Virus record (IMG/VR): IMGVR_UViG_3300022939_000006 | Origin: an uncultured virus (IMG/VR IMGVR_UViG_3300022939_000006) | Lineage: Duplodnaviria; Heunggongvirae; Uroviricota; Caudoviricetes | Strand: one strand, 5' to 3' | Length of the DNA stretch: 20,000 bases | Shown here: piece after piece, positions 8,179-16,672 of the stretch | Position numbering within the stretch: the stretch's first letter is position 1 | Layout: every line of letters starts with the position of its first letter | The notes under the pieces: model-generated | Told to the model about the DNA's origin: nothing | Database searches by the model: none | Seen by the model: the letters and a program-made list of their open reading frames with translations, nothing else | Position numbers and translations under genes: made by a program

Positions 8179-9055
8179 AGAACTAATGTGGAGTTATCAT
8201 CCTTTGCCTAAGGATTGGATAACTGTACCATTTAGTGACAAAGGTACAATAGAGAATGCAGATGTACTCGTGCAAAGTAATCAGTCCGGATCAAAAAAAG
8301 AAAAGAAAATAGGACACATTTACAAATATGTAAAAGAATCTGGTAAGCCTTTTATTGTAACTGAAAGTGCAGTGTTTAGAAAAAATATGCCACAACCACC
8401 TAATCCAATGGCATATCACAGATACAGTTGGACAAGTTATTTTAGAGACGAAGGCGATTACTGTAATGAAAATAGTCCATCAGATAGATGGGAGCAGGTT
8501 AAAAAAGATCAAAATCTTACAGTTAAAGATTGGCGCACAAAAGGTGATTATGTCCTTGTTATGCTACAACGTCCTGGAGATAGTAGCTTAGTAAATTTAA
8601 TAAAGAAGCACAAAAGTTACGAAGGATTTGTAACGCATACACTACAAGAGATAAAGCAAAATACTGATAGACCTATTAGAGTACGTATGCATCCATTACG
8701 TCAAGATAGACAGTTAGCAATACTGAAGAACTTTGATGTTACTATAAGTGATAATATGGAAGGTGCAGGAATTTTAGAAGGTGGTACAGGATTACAAAAA
8801 GACTTTGATAATGCTTGGTGTGTTGTAGGCTTTAACAGTAACGGACTTACAGAAAGTGTTATGGAGGGAATACCAACATTCAGCATGTGTCCTAGTTCAA
8901 TGGCTTGGGACGTTTCAAATAAAACATTAAAACTTATTGAACAGCCTATGATGTTTGAAAGACAACAATGGCTCAACAATCTAGCATATTGTCAATGGCG
9001 TGAAGATGAATGTGTAGCCGGATTGCCATGGGAGCACTTAAAGAAGGCTTTGTAA
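8159..9055 (+). CDS. KpsS/KpsC-like (capsule synthesis family, GT-B-like) putative glycosyltransferase, paralog 1
   Basis: LQRPGD, PIRVRMHP and VVGFNSNGLTESVMEGIPTF motifs. Likely TTG start at 8159 with SD GAGGA at 8147-8151 (track start 8135). Confidence 0.7.
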   Translation: MKIVAIKELMWSYHPLPKDWITVPFSDKGTIENADVLVQSNQSGSKKEKKIGHIYKYVKESGKPFIVTESAVFRKNMPQPPNPMAYHRYSWTSYFRDEGDYCNENSPSDRWEQVKKDQNLTVKDWRTKGDYVLVMLQRPGDSSLVNLIKKHKSYEGFVTHTLQEIKQNTDRPIRVRMHPLRQDRQLAILKNFDVTISDNMEGAGILEGGTGLQKDFDNAWCVVGFNSNGLTESVMEGIPTFSMCPSSMAWDVSNKTLKLIEQPMMFERQQWLNNLAYCQWREDECVAGLPWEHLKKAL

Positions 9056-9649
9056 ATACGGTTCAGTAATTTTTACATCTTCTTTAAAATAATCATTAAT
9101 TAATGTATACAAATTTCCCGACTTTTTAAATTTTTCTGCAATTACATGTCCACCAAATACAGTCTGTTTATTAATATTAGGAGTATCAGGCATCATACTC
9201 ATATGTTTTTGATCTTTGGCTTTGTGTCCTGTAATTAAACAATAGTTGGTCCAGTTTACAAACGTAGCTTTTGGATATTTAAATTTTTTCCAAGTTATTT
9301 GTTTACGCCATCTATCTTCCCAAGGAACTATTGTTTTGTCCATACTAAATTGAGGACTAAATGCAAGGACTTTTTGTGTGGGATAAAAATTACTAAACAT
9401 AATTGCATTGAATCCTCCCATGCTATTACCTATAGCGTAGACGTTATAAGTTTTAATATGTTTGGTTATTTCATTTATATCTATTGCACTGAAATAACTT
9501 TTATTATGATCTAACACCCATATTACATTATAACCATTATTTTTTAAATTATAGAATTCTCTATTAACACCTTGTATAGTGTTTCCAATACTAGAGAAAC
9601 TTACTATTGTGTGTTTACTTCCTGTATATAAATGTTTGATCTCAACCAT
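9038..9649 (-). CDS. Alpha/beta-hydrolase fold protein (putative esterase/acyltransferase)
   Basis: Nucleophile elbow AIGNSMGG, then AFSPQ and a C-terminal GGH. It has its own late promoter and is the only real minus-strand gene in the window. Confidence 0.8.
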   Translation of the reverse strand: MVEIKHLYTGSKHTIVSFSSIGNTIQGVNREFYNLKNNGYNVIWVLDHNKSYFSAIDINEITKHIKTYNVYAIGNSMGGFNAIMFSNFYPTQKVLAFSPQFSMDKTIVPWEDRWRKQITWKKFKYPKATFVNWTNYCLITGHKAKDQKHMSMMPDTPNINKQTVFGGHVIAEKFKKSGNLYTLINDYFKEDVKITEPYLQSLL

Positions 9650-9654
9650 AATAT

Positions 9655-9660
9655 TATTTA
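9655..9660 (-). promoter_or_regulatory. T4-like late promoter core on the minus strand
   Basis: Minus strand reads TAAATA-atatt-ATG(9649). Confidence 0.7.
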
Positions 9661-9675
9661 TTGTAAAAGTGCGTA

Positions 9676-9683
9676 TATAAATA
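9676..9683 (+). promoter_or_regulatory. Full T4 late promoter consensus TATAAATA
   Basis: TATAAATA-cctac-ATG(9689). Confidence 0.8.
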
Positions 9684-9688
9684 CCTAC

Positions 9689-10555
9689 ATGAAGACCTTA
9701 CACACATTTGGCTGTTCAATTACACAAGGATATGCACTTCCTGATGTTGTAAATCCTGTTCTTAACGAGAATGGCGAGCCATACACTAAAGAAGAAATAA
9801 ACGCTAAAAACATTAAAATTAATTGGGAAGACATTCATATTTTAAAACCTAGTGAACATGCATGGCCAAAAATATTAGCTGATAAGCTAAATGTTCCGGT
9901 AATTAATCATGCACGTAGAGGAGCGTGTTTTCAGCAGATAGCGAGACAGTGTGCAGTAGGTGCAAAAGATATACAACCGGACGACACAGTAATAGTAATG
10001 TGGACATATATGTCTAGACTATCATTACAATGGCCTGCTAGAACATCGGTTCCTTTTTGTAACATAGCAGATTCAAATTGGGGATGGAAAACAGTAATAT
10101 TAGGTTTTAATAGATTTTTTGGTTTGTCAGGATCAGATGAAAATACAAGTGAGGATGATAAAGAAATACAAGAATACATCGAAAAATCTACAAAAGAAAC
10201 GTATTTGGATCCAATGGGTGTATATAATAGATACTATAATAGTTTAGTATTACAGCAAATGGTTGACGGATTTTTAAAAGCAACTGGTGCAAGGGTAATA
10301 CATTTAAGTGTAGAGACTGAGTCTGTATTACGTCAACTTGAATTTGCAAGAGATGAACTGAGTAATACATTAAAAGAACCTTATAATATTCCAAGTCCAG
10401 ATGAATGGTATAATTTAGATATAGATTACCAAAGCAGTTTTACGATATTAGATCCTAGTATTCCTCCAGCAGAAAACGACATGCACCCTAGTGTTACTCA
10501 CCATAAAAATTTTGCTGAATTGATTCATAAAAAATATTTTGAAGGACAAACATGA
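9689..10555 (+). CDS. SGNH/GDSL-like hydrolase or O-acyltransferase
   Basis: Block I FGCSITQG, block II INHARRG and C-terminal DMHPSVTHH. Start reassigned from 9632 to ATG 9689 (MKTLHTFGCS). Confidence 0.75.
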   Translation: MKTLHTFGCSITQGYALPDVVNPVLNENGEPYTKEEINAKNIKINWEDIHILKPSEHAWPKILADKLNVPVINHARRGACFQQIARQCAVGAKDIQPDDTVIVMWTYMSRLSLQWPARTSVPFCNIADSNWGWKTVILGFNRFFGLSGSDENTSEDDKEIQEYIEKSTKETYLDPMGVYNRYYNSLVLQQMVDGFLKATGARVIHLSVETESVLRQLEFARDELSNTLKEPYNIPSPDEWYNLDIDYQSSFTILDPSIPPAENDMHPSVTHHKNFAELIHKKYFEGQT

Positions 10556-11322
10556 AAACTATTGTATTAGTAACAGGAGGATTTGATCCTTTACATTCAG
10601 GCCATATTGAATATTTTAAGGCGGCTAAATCTTTAGGTGATGAATTACATGTAGGTTTAAATTCAGACGATTGGCTTACAAATAAAAAAGGACGTCCTTT
10701 TATGTCTTTTAAGGACAGAGCAAATGTTATTGAACAACTAAGTATTGTTGACAGAGTCATAAGTTTTGATGACAGTGACGGCAGTGCATGTGGTGCAATC
10801 TATAAAACAATGGCAACTCATGGAGATGTTAAAATTGTTTTTGCTAACGGTGGAGATAGAACAAACACCACTACACCAGAATATGAAACATACGGAGAAT
10901 TGCCTAAAGTTGAATTTGCGTTTGGTGTAGGTGGAGAAAATAAAATAAATTCTAGTAGTTGGATATTAGATGAATGGAAAGCGCCTAAAACAGAACGTAG
11001 TTGGGGGTATTATAGAGTGATACATGAATATGACAGACATACTAAAGTAAAAGAATTAACAGTACCTCCGGGTAAAAGACTATCAATGCAAAGACATGCA
11101 GAACGTAGCGAACATTGGTTTGTAGCTGAAGGAACTGCAACAGTATATACTCTAGACAGTAGTTCCGACGTTGATTTACTTGGAGTTTATGAACAACACA
11201 GAAGTTTACACATACCTGTAAACACATGGCATCAACTTGTTAATGAACATAACGAACCATTGAAATTAGTTGAAATACAATATGGAAAAAATTGTGTTGA
11301 GGAGGATATAGAAAGAAAATGA
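10552..11322 (+). CDS. Cytidylyltransferase-like (HxGH) domain fused to a mannose-6-P isomerase-type cupin
   Basis: N-terminal TGGFDPLHSGH...LNSD...KKGRP...FANGGDR...SSS (TagD/RfaE-like). C-terminal RSWG...LSMQRHAERSEHW...WHQL...VEIQYG...EEDIER (ManC C-terminal-like cupin). Confidence 0.88.
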   Translation: MKTIVLVTGGFDPLHSGHIEYFKAAKSLGDELHVGLNSDDWLTNKKGRPFMSFKDRANVIEQLSIVDRVISFDDSDGSACGAIYKTMATHGDVKIVFANGGDRTNTTTPEYETYGELPKVEFAFGVGGENKINSSSWILDEWKAPKTERSWGYYRVIHEYDRHTKVKELTVPPGKRLSMQRHAERSEHWFVAEGTATVYTLDSSSDVDLLGVYEQHRSLHIPVNTWHQLVNEHNEPLKLVEIQYGKNCVEEDIERK

Positions 11323-11993
11323 AAATATTTGTAGGCTATGATACTAGAGAAGATATTGCATATCAAGTGTGCAAGCACAGTATCGAAACAAGAAGTCCCG
11401 ATGCAGATGTGCGTCCGTTAAAACAACAGGAATTAAGAGATGCAGGTTGGTATACTCGTCCAATAGATAAACTAGCATCAACTGAATTTACGTTTACACG
11501 GTTTCTTATACCTGAACTTGTAAATTTTGAAGGTTGGGCTGTGTTTATGGATTGTGATATGATCTTAACAACAGATATAAAAGAACTGTTTGATCAAGCA
11601 GATGACAAGTATGCTGTAATGTGTGTACATCATGACTACAAAGTTAAAGAAGGTACAAAAATGGATGGACAAAAACAAACTATCTATCCACGTAAAAATT
11701 GGTCAAGTGTGATGTTGTTTAACTGTGGTCATCCTAGTAATGCAAAACTTACTATGGATCTTGTTAATGATAAAGAAATTAATGGTGCCTACTTGCATAG
11801 ATTTAGTTGGTTAAAAGATGAAGAAATTGGAGAATTGGATCATACTTGGAATTATCTTGTTGGTGTTTATGACGATGTAGAGACACCAAAACTAATACAT
11901 TATACAGAAGGTGGTCCTTGGTTTGAAAACTACCGAAACTGTGAATACAATGAATTATGGAAACAGGAATTAAAATGCATGATGGATCTGTAA
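11319..11993 (+). CDS. GT8-like glycosyltransferase
   Basis: IFVGYD, STEFTFTRF, DxD motif FMDCD, YPRKNWSS, WNYL and IHYTEGGPW. ATGA overlap with the upstream gene. Confidence 0.85.
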   Translation: MKIFVGYDTREDIAYQVCKHSIETRSPDADVRPLKQQELRDAGWYTRPIDKLASTEFTFTRFLIPELVNFEGWAVFMDCDMILTTDIKELFDQADDKYAVMCVHHDYKVKEGTKMDGQKQTIYPRKNWSSVMLFNCGHPSNAKLTMDLVNDKEINGAYLHRFSWLKDEEIGELDHTWNYLVGVYDDVETPKLIHYTEGGPWFENYRNCEYNELWKQELKCMMDL

Positions 11994-12808
11994 AACATCA
12001 TCTAGCAATAGATGAAAATGATCAAATATTAAAATGTTGGACCAAGGGCATTGGTGCAACTTACATACACGATTGGAAACAACTGAAAGAATATGATACC
12101 AATTTACCAGTAAGTTTTAGAGGTATGACTGGTAGAAAAATTGTTGCTGAATGTGAAAGAACAGGCCGAGATTATTTTTATATTGATACTGGATATTTAG
12201 GTAATAGACAAAAAAGAAAAGTATTTCATAGAGTAGTAAAAAATGGTATGCAACACAGTAACTTTAAAAACTTGCCAAATGATAGATGGAGAGAACTATC
12301 TGGTAGAGCTAGAGATTTTAGCTACGCATTTAGAGGCTGGACTAAATCAAAAAATCAAGGAAGGAATATTTTACTAGTAACACCTTCCGAAAAGCCTTGT
12401 AAATTTTATGGAATTAACAGAGATGACTGGGTAAAAGAAACAACAGAACTAATAAAAAAATATACTGACAAAGAAATAATTGTTAGAGATAAAGGACTAC
12501 GTCATCAAAGAATAGGTGACGGAAGCATCTTTAATCAGTTTGATGAAGATAAAATTTTTGCTGTAGTAACATACAACAGTATTGCGGCAACTGAAGCTAT
12601 TATGTATGGTGTACCAGCATTTACAACTGCTCCAGGTGCGGCTGATATGCTATGTGAAAAAGACCTTAGTAAATTAGAAACACCCAAGTATAGCGACCCG
12701 CAACTTGTGCAAAATTGGTTACACTGGTTATGTTACTGTCAGTTTACAACTGATGAACTTGTAAATGGAGAAGCATACAGAATTATACAGGAGCACGACA
12801 TACGATGA
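11975..12808 (+). CDS. KpsS/KpsC-like putative glycosyltransferase, paralog 2 (lacks the HP motif)
   Basis: YIDTGY, EIIVRDK, VVTYNSIAATEAIMYGVPAF and WLHWLCYCQFT motifs. Start at 11975 (AGGA SD) or 11957. Confidence 0.65.
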   Translation: MHDGSVKHHLAIDENDQILKCWTKGIGATYIHDWKQLKEYDTNLPVSFRGMTGRKIVAECERTGRDYFYIDTGYLGNRQKRKVFHRVVKNGMQHSNFKNLPNDRWRELSGRARDFSYAFRGWTKSKNQGRNILLVTPSEKPCKFYGINRDDWVKETTELIKKYTDKEIIVRDKGLRHQRIGDGSIFNQFDEDKIFAVVTYNSIAATEAIMYGVPAFTTAPGAADMLCEKDLSKLETPKYSDPQLVQNWLHWLCYCQFTTDELVNGEAYRIIQEHDIR

Positions 12809-13746
12809 ATGGATTAACTGTTGCTTCATACTTAATGGGTATTCCTCCAGGAAATACCAATCCTGAAAAACCTAGAATTATAAATGATTTTATTAAAGGT
12901 GTAAATGCATGTGGAGACAGAGGTGCAGTAGTAACGGGCTGGCATCCTATGAATACTGATGTAGCAGTAATACAAGGATTTGTTCATGCAAACAGTAAAA
13001 ACACAAGACACTTACGGTTAAGAAAACAAGTATACGAAAATCAAATCCTTAGAAATAAAAGATGTGTAATTGTAGATAGTAATTTGTTTTTAAGTTTTGA
13101 TCCAGGTAATACAAAAACATATTTACGGTATAGCTTTGATGGAGTATTTCCAACTACTGGTGAATATTGTTATGATAATCCTAACCCTTACAGGTGGGAA
13201 AAACTTAGTAAAGATTTGAACATAAAAGTTAAACCTTGGCGAAAACCCGACGGTGGTACAATACTTTTATGTTGCCAAAGAGACGGTGGTTGGAGTATGG
13301 ATTCAGAGCCTGTTGTAAGTTGGATTGTACAAACAGTTACTCAAGTAAGACATTATACTGACAAACAAATTGTAGTTAGATTTCATCCTGGAGATAAAAA
13401 TGTAAGAAATCATATAAGACATCTTGCAAGATATAAAATTGGAAATTTAAGAATAAGCAATAGTGAAAATATCTTCACTGATTTTGCAACCGCTTGTGCA
13501 GTAGTAAACCATAATAGTAGTCCTGCCGTTGCAAGTGTTATCGAAGGCATACCTACATTCCAAACAGATGTAGAAAGAAGCCAGGCTAAAGATGTTGTAC
13601 ATAGTGATATGAAATATATTAACGAACCAAAAGAATTTGAAAGAGAAGGTTGGCTACATAAACTTGCACAATGCCACTGGACTCTTGACGAAGTAGCCGC
13701 AGGCGAAGCATGGCGTCACATGCGTAAATGGGCAGTAAAGGAATAA
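12805..13746 (+). CDS. KpsS/KpsC-like putative glycosyltransferase, paralog 3
   Basis: ILLCCQRDG, QIVVRFHP, VVNHNSSPAVASVIEGIPTF and REGWLHKLAQCHWT motifs. Confidence 0.7.
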   Translation: MNGLTVASYLMGIPPGNTNPEKPRIINDFIKGVNACGDRGAVVTGWHPMNTDVAVIQGFVHANSKNTRHLRLRKQVYENQILRNKRCVIVDSNLFLSFDPGNTKTYLRYSFDGVFPTTGEYCYDNPNPYRWEKLSKDLNIKVKPWRKPDGGTILLCCQRDGGWSMDSEPVVSWIVQTVTQVRHYTDKQIVVRFHPGDKNVRNHIRHLARYKIGNLRISNSENIFTDFATACAVVNHNSSPAVASVIEGIPTFQTDVERSQAKDVVHSDMKYINEPKEFEREGWLHKLAQCHWTLDEVAAGEAWRHMRKWAVKE

Positions 13747-13747
13747 C

Positions 13748-14593
13748 ATGAATATTGTAGCTTTAACAACATTTAATAACGAAGGACTTTTTACATACGG
13801 CCAGAGATTAATAGACAGTTGGGCAAAAAATGTAGATCCAAAAATTAAACTGCTAGTCTATGCAGAGGATTGTGTCCCTACAATCCCTGAAGGAGCAAAT
13901 ATACAAATTTTAAATGCAGATGCTTTACCAGAAAAGAAAGCATTTATTGAACGCTGGAAAAATGAACCAAAAGCGACTGGTACACCTCCGCCTGAAATAA
14001 AACGCAGACGTCCAAGAGATTGGCATAAAGAATTTAAATGGGACGCTATTAGATTTTCACATAAAGTTTATGCAGTATTTGACGCTTACGAAAACGAACC
14101 AGCTGATTGGATAGTATGGGTTGACGGAGATACATACGTTCATAGTGCTTGGAGTCATGAAAACTTTGCAAAATTACTACCAAAAGAAAGTTGGATCACT
14201 TATGTAGGCAGAGGAGCAGGATCTCAAACTTGGCCCGAATGTGGATTTTATGGTTTGAATAAAAACGACAAACAGTGTGTAAACTTCATAAAAGAATTTA
14301 AAGATTATTATAATAATGCAGAGACTGGAATATTTACATTAGAAGAATGGCATGATAGTTATGTATTTGGTCATATCTTAATGAAACATAAAAATTATAA
14401 TCCAAGGGCATTAGATTATAGCGCATCAATATATGTAAAAACTGCAAAGACAGGCGGTGGAGGTCATCCACTCATTAACACTGAACTAGGTAGATATATT
14501 GATCATATGAAAGGTGATCGTAAGTATACAGGTCATAGTAAGAAAAAAGATTTAATGACAGAAAGATCAGAAGCATATTGGAATGAAATTTAA
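13748..14593 (+). CDS. Putative GT-A fold glycosyltransferase, paralog of 6837..7625
   Basis: FKWDAIRFSHK (vs FKWNGIKFAHK), WVDGD DxD motif, YVGR, ECGFYG, EWHDSYVF and HMKG. Confidence 0.75.
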   Translation: MNIVALTTFNNEGLFTYGQRLIDSWAKNVDPKIKLLVYAEDCVPTIPEGANIQILNADALPEKKAFIERWKNEPKATGTPPPEIKRRRPRDWHKEFKWDAIRFSHKVYAVFDAYENEPADWIVWVDGDTYVHSAWSHENFAKLLPKESWITYVGRGAGSQTWPECGFYGLNKNDKQCVNFIKEFKDYYNNAETGIFTLEEWHDSYVFGHILMKHKNYNPRALDYSASIYVKTAKTGGGGHPLINTELGRYIDHMKGDRKYTGHSKKKDLMTERSEAYWNEI

Positions 14594-15434
14594 CTTATGG
14601 ACTCAGTATGGCGCACAAAATTCTAAACCTGTTTTTGACGCCTTTCGTAATGGTGCTTTGGCTCTCGGTCATGATGTTGTCACTAATAGTAATGATGGTA
14701 TTGATGTTATTTGGAGTGTACTTTTTAACGGTCGTATGGGTCCAAACCGTACTATCTGGGAAAGGTGTCAAAAAGAAAATAGAGCCTGTATTGTTCTCGA
14801 AGTCGGAGGTATTAGACGTGGATCAACTTGGAAGGTAGCTCTTAATGGAATTAATCGTGATGCTTATTTTGGTCCCGTTAATAATAACTCTGATCGCGCT
14901 GATAATCTTGGGTTACTTTTAAAGCCATGGCGAGAACAAGGAAATCATATACTAATTTGCGGACAACATGAAAGAAGTTTGCAATGGCAAGACATGCCAA
15001 GAATGAGTACTTGGGTAATGCAAACCATAGATAAAATACAACAGCATACTGATCGTCCTATTGTATTCCGTCCACATCCAAGGTGTAGATTAGAAGCTAT
15101 AGAACACCAATACAAGAATGTTTCTCGGCAAGAACCTAAGCATATTAATGGTACATATGATGATTTTGATATGGGATTTAATAATGCTTGGGCAACAATA
15201 AGTTGGAGTAGTAATCCAGGTATACACAGTATACTTGAAGGTGTGCCTGCATTTGTAAGTCCGCATAGTTTAGCATATGATGCCGCAAATGATATTGATT
15301 TCTTACACGATATAGAAAATCCTTTGACACCTGATAGACAACAATGGTTAAATGACTATGCATGGACAGAATTTACTGTTGAAGAAATTTCTCAAGGTTT
15401 ACCACTTAACCTCTTGACATCTAAGTTAAATTAA
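14583..15434 (+). CDS. KpsS/KpsC-like putative glycosyltransferase, paralog 4
   Basis: ILICGQH, PIVFRPHP, ISWSSNPGIHSILEGVPAF and RQQWLNDYAWTEFT motifs. Confidence 0.7.
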   Translation: MKFNLWTQYGAQNSKPVFDAFRNGALALGHDVVTNSNDGIDVIWSVLFNGRMGPNRTIWERCQKENRACIVLEVGGIRRGSTWKVALNGINRDAYFGPVNNNSDRADNLGLLLKPWREQGNHILICGQHERSLQWQDMPRMSTWVMQTIDKIQQHTDRPIVFRPHPRCRLEAIEHQYKNVSRQEPKHINGTYDDFDMGFNNAWATISWSSNPGIHSILEGVPAFVSPHSLAYDAANDIDFLHDIENPLTPDRQQWLNDYAWTEFTVEEISQGLPLNLLTSKLN

Positions 15435-15442
15435 GTTATACT
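15414..15442 (+). promoter_or_regulatory. Sigma70-type promoter, leaderless for the 15449 gene
   Basis: TTGACA (15414-15419), 17-nt spacer, TATACT (15437-15442). The predicted +1 coincides with the ATG at 15449. Confidence 0.85.
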
Positions 15443-15448
15443 ACAAAC

Positions 15449-16672
15449 ATGGAATTAAAAAATATAGAAGATTGCCTTGAGGCATTAGCAGGATTTACTT
15501 TACCTTATAAGATCGAAATCGAGTCTGTTGATCAAACAATCTTATATAGTATTGCAAAACAAGTGTTTAGAGGTAAAGCTCTTACTGATAGGCAACTAGA
15601 CGTTTGTCAGAAGAAATTATTATATTATCAACAGCAATTTATTGATCAGGGTGTCGATGATTTACCTTCACTAATTAAAGTTTTACGACAACCTCTGCGA
15701 GAAATTGATCGTAGTAAATATGTTGTAATCGAAGATGATAAGATCAAAATTAGATTTCCCTTCAATAAAAAGACTATCATAGACATTGAACAAATTGCTT
15801 TCAAACACAGGAAAGAATATTCACATACTAAAGGTACGCATGAACATTTTTTTAAAATTAATGAAGGCACAATTTATTCAGTAGTAGAGAAATTTAGAAA
15901 TAAAGAATATGAAATTGATGAAGAGCTTGTAGATAGTTTTAATAAAATTGATGAAATAAAAAATAATCCTAGTTTATATGTGCCTGGAATATACAACCTA
16001 CAGTTTAAAAATGTATCAGATAAATTAATAGAATCTATTACAGATCACGTAGGTGAACTTACACAAGACAATCTTGCGTTGTTTAGAGATAGATCAATTC
16101 TATATGGTTTAGATTATTTCGATCCTAACGTATTAGATAGTATCAAACAGTTTACACCTCTATCACAAAACATAATCAAAAGAAAAAATCCAAATGTTTT
16201 TGTAAGCAAAAACAAATGGACACTTGATAATGTTTTTTATAGTATAAAAGAATTAAATAGGTTCCCTATACTAATAGTGTTAGGTAATGATGCATATGAT
16301 GAATTAGTTACTTCCAATAACATTACCAGAAATTTTGTAGACAGAAATAAAATTAGTGTTATGTTTAGGCTTGATAATAAAGATAACAAAAATTTTAATG
16401 ATTATATTAAAAAGAATGGTTTAAATAATTCGGTTGCAAAAGATACAGAAATAGTGTATATTAGTAGTAATAAAAAATATCCAAAGCCGTTGATGTCAAG
16501 CGATTGGCGGTTTAAGTCGTGTTTGTATTTACAAAGTCAGTATAACAGTCATAAGATTGATTCTATTACTAACGAATCTGATTTAGAAATACATTACGAC
16601 ACTGTGCCTTCACAGTACGGAACTTTCCGTCACAGTAGATCGCGCAGACATTTGATGATAGAAGAGATGTAA
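15449..16672 (+). CDS. Hypothetical protein (407 aa), translationally coupled to uvsW
   Basis: Long ORF with its own promoter and a TAATG stop/start overlap with uvsW. No confident family assignment. Confidence 0.8.
   Translation: MELKNIEDCLEALAGFTLPYKIEIESVDQTILYSIAKQVFRGKALTDRQLDVCQKKLLYYQQQFIDQGVDDLPSLIKVLRQPLREIDRSKYVVIEDDKIKIRFPFNKKTIIDIEQIAFKHRKEYSHTKGTHEHFFKINEGTIYSVVEKFRNKEYEIDEELVDSFNKIDEIKNNPSLYVPGIYNLQFKNVSDKLIESITDHVGELTQDNLALFRDRSILYGLDYFDPNVLDSIKQFTPLSQNIIKRKNPNVFVSKNKWTLDNVFYSIKELNRFPILIVLGNDAYDELVTSNNITRNFVDRNKISVMFRLDNKDNKNFNDYIKKNGLNNSVAKDTEIVYISSNKKYPKPLMSSDWRFKSCLYLQSQYNSHKIDSITNESDLEIHYDTVPSQYGTFRHSRSRRHLMIEEM
16434..16462 (+). promoter_or_regulatory. Possible intragenic sigma70-type promoter for uvsW
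   Basis: TTGCAA (16434-16439), 17-nt spacer, TATATT (16457-16462), about 210 nt upstream of uvsW. Confidence 0.45.

Noticed and set aside
8367..14838. Alternate-frame plus-strand ORFs 8367..8591, 9299..9514 and 14608..14838
   Set aside because: Short, nested in better-supported genes, and without start signals.
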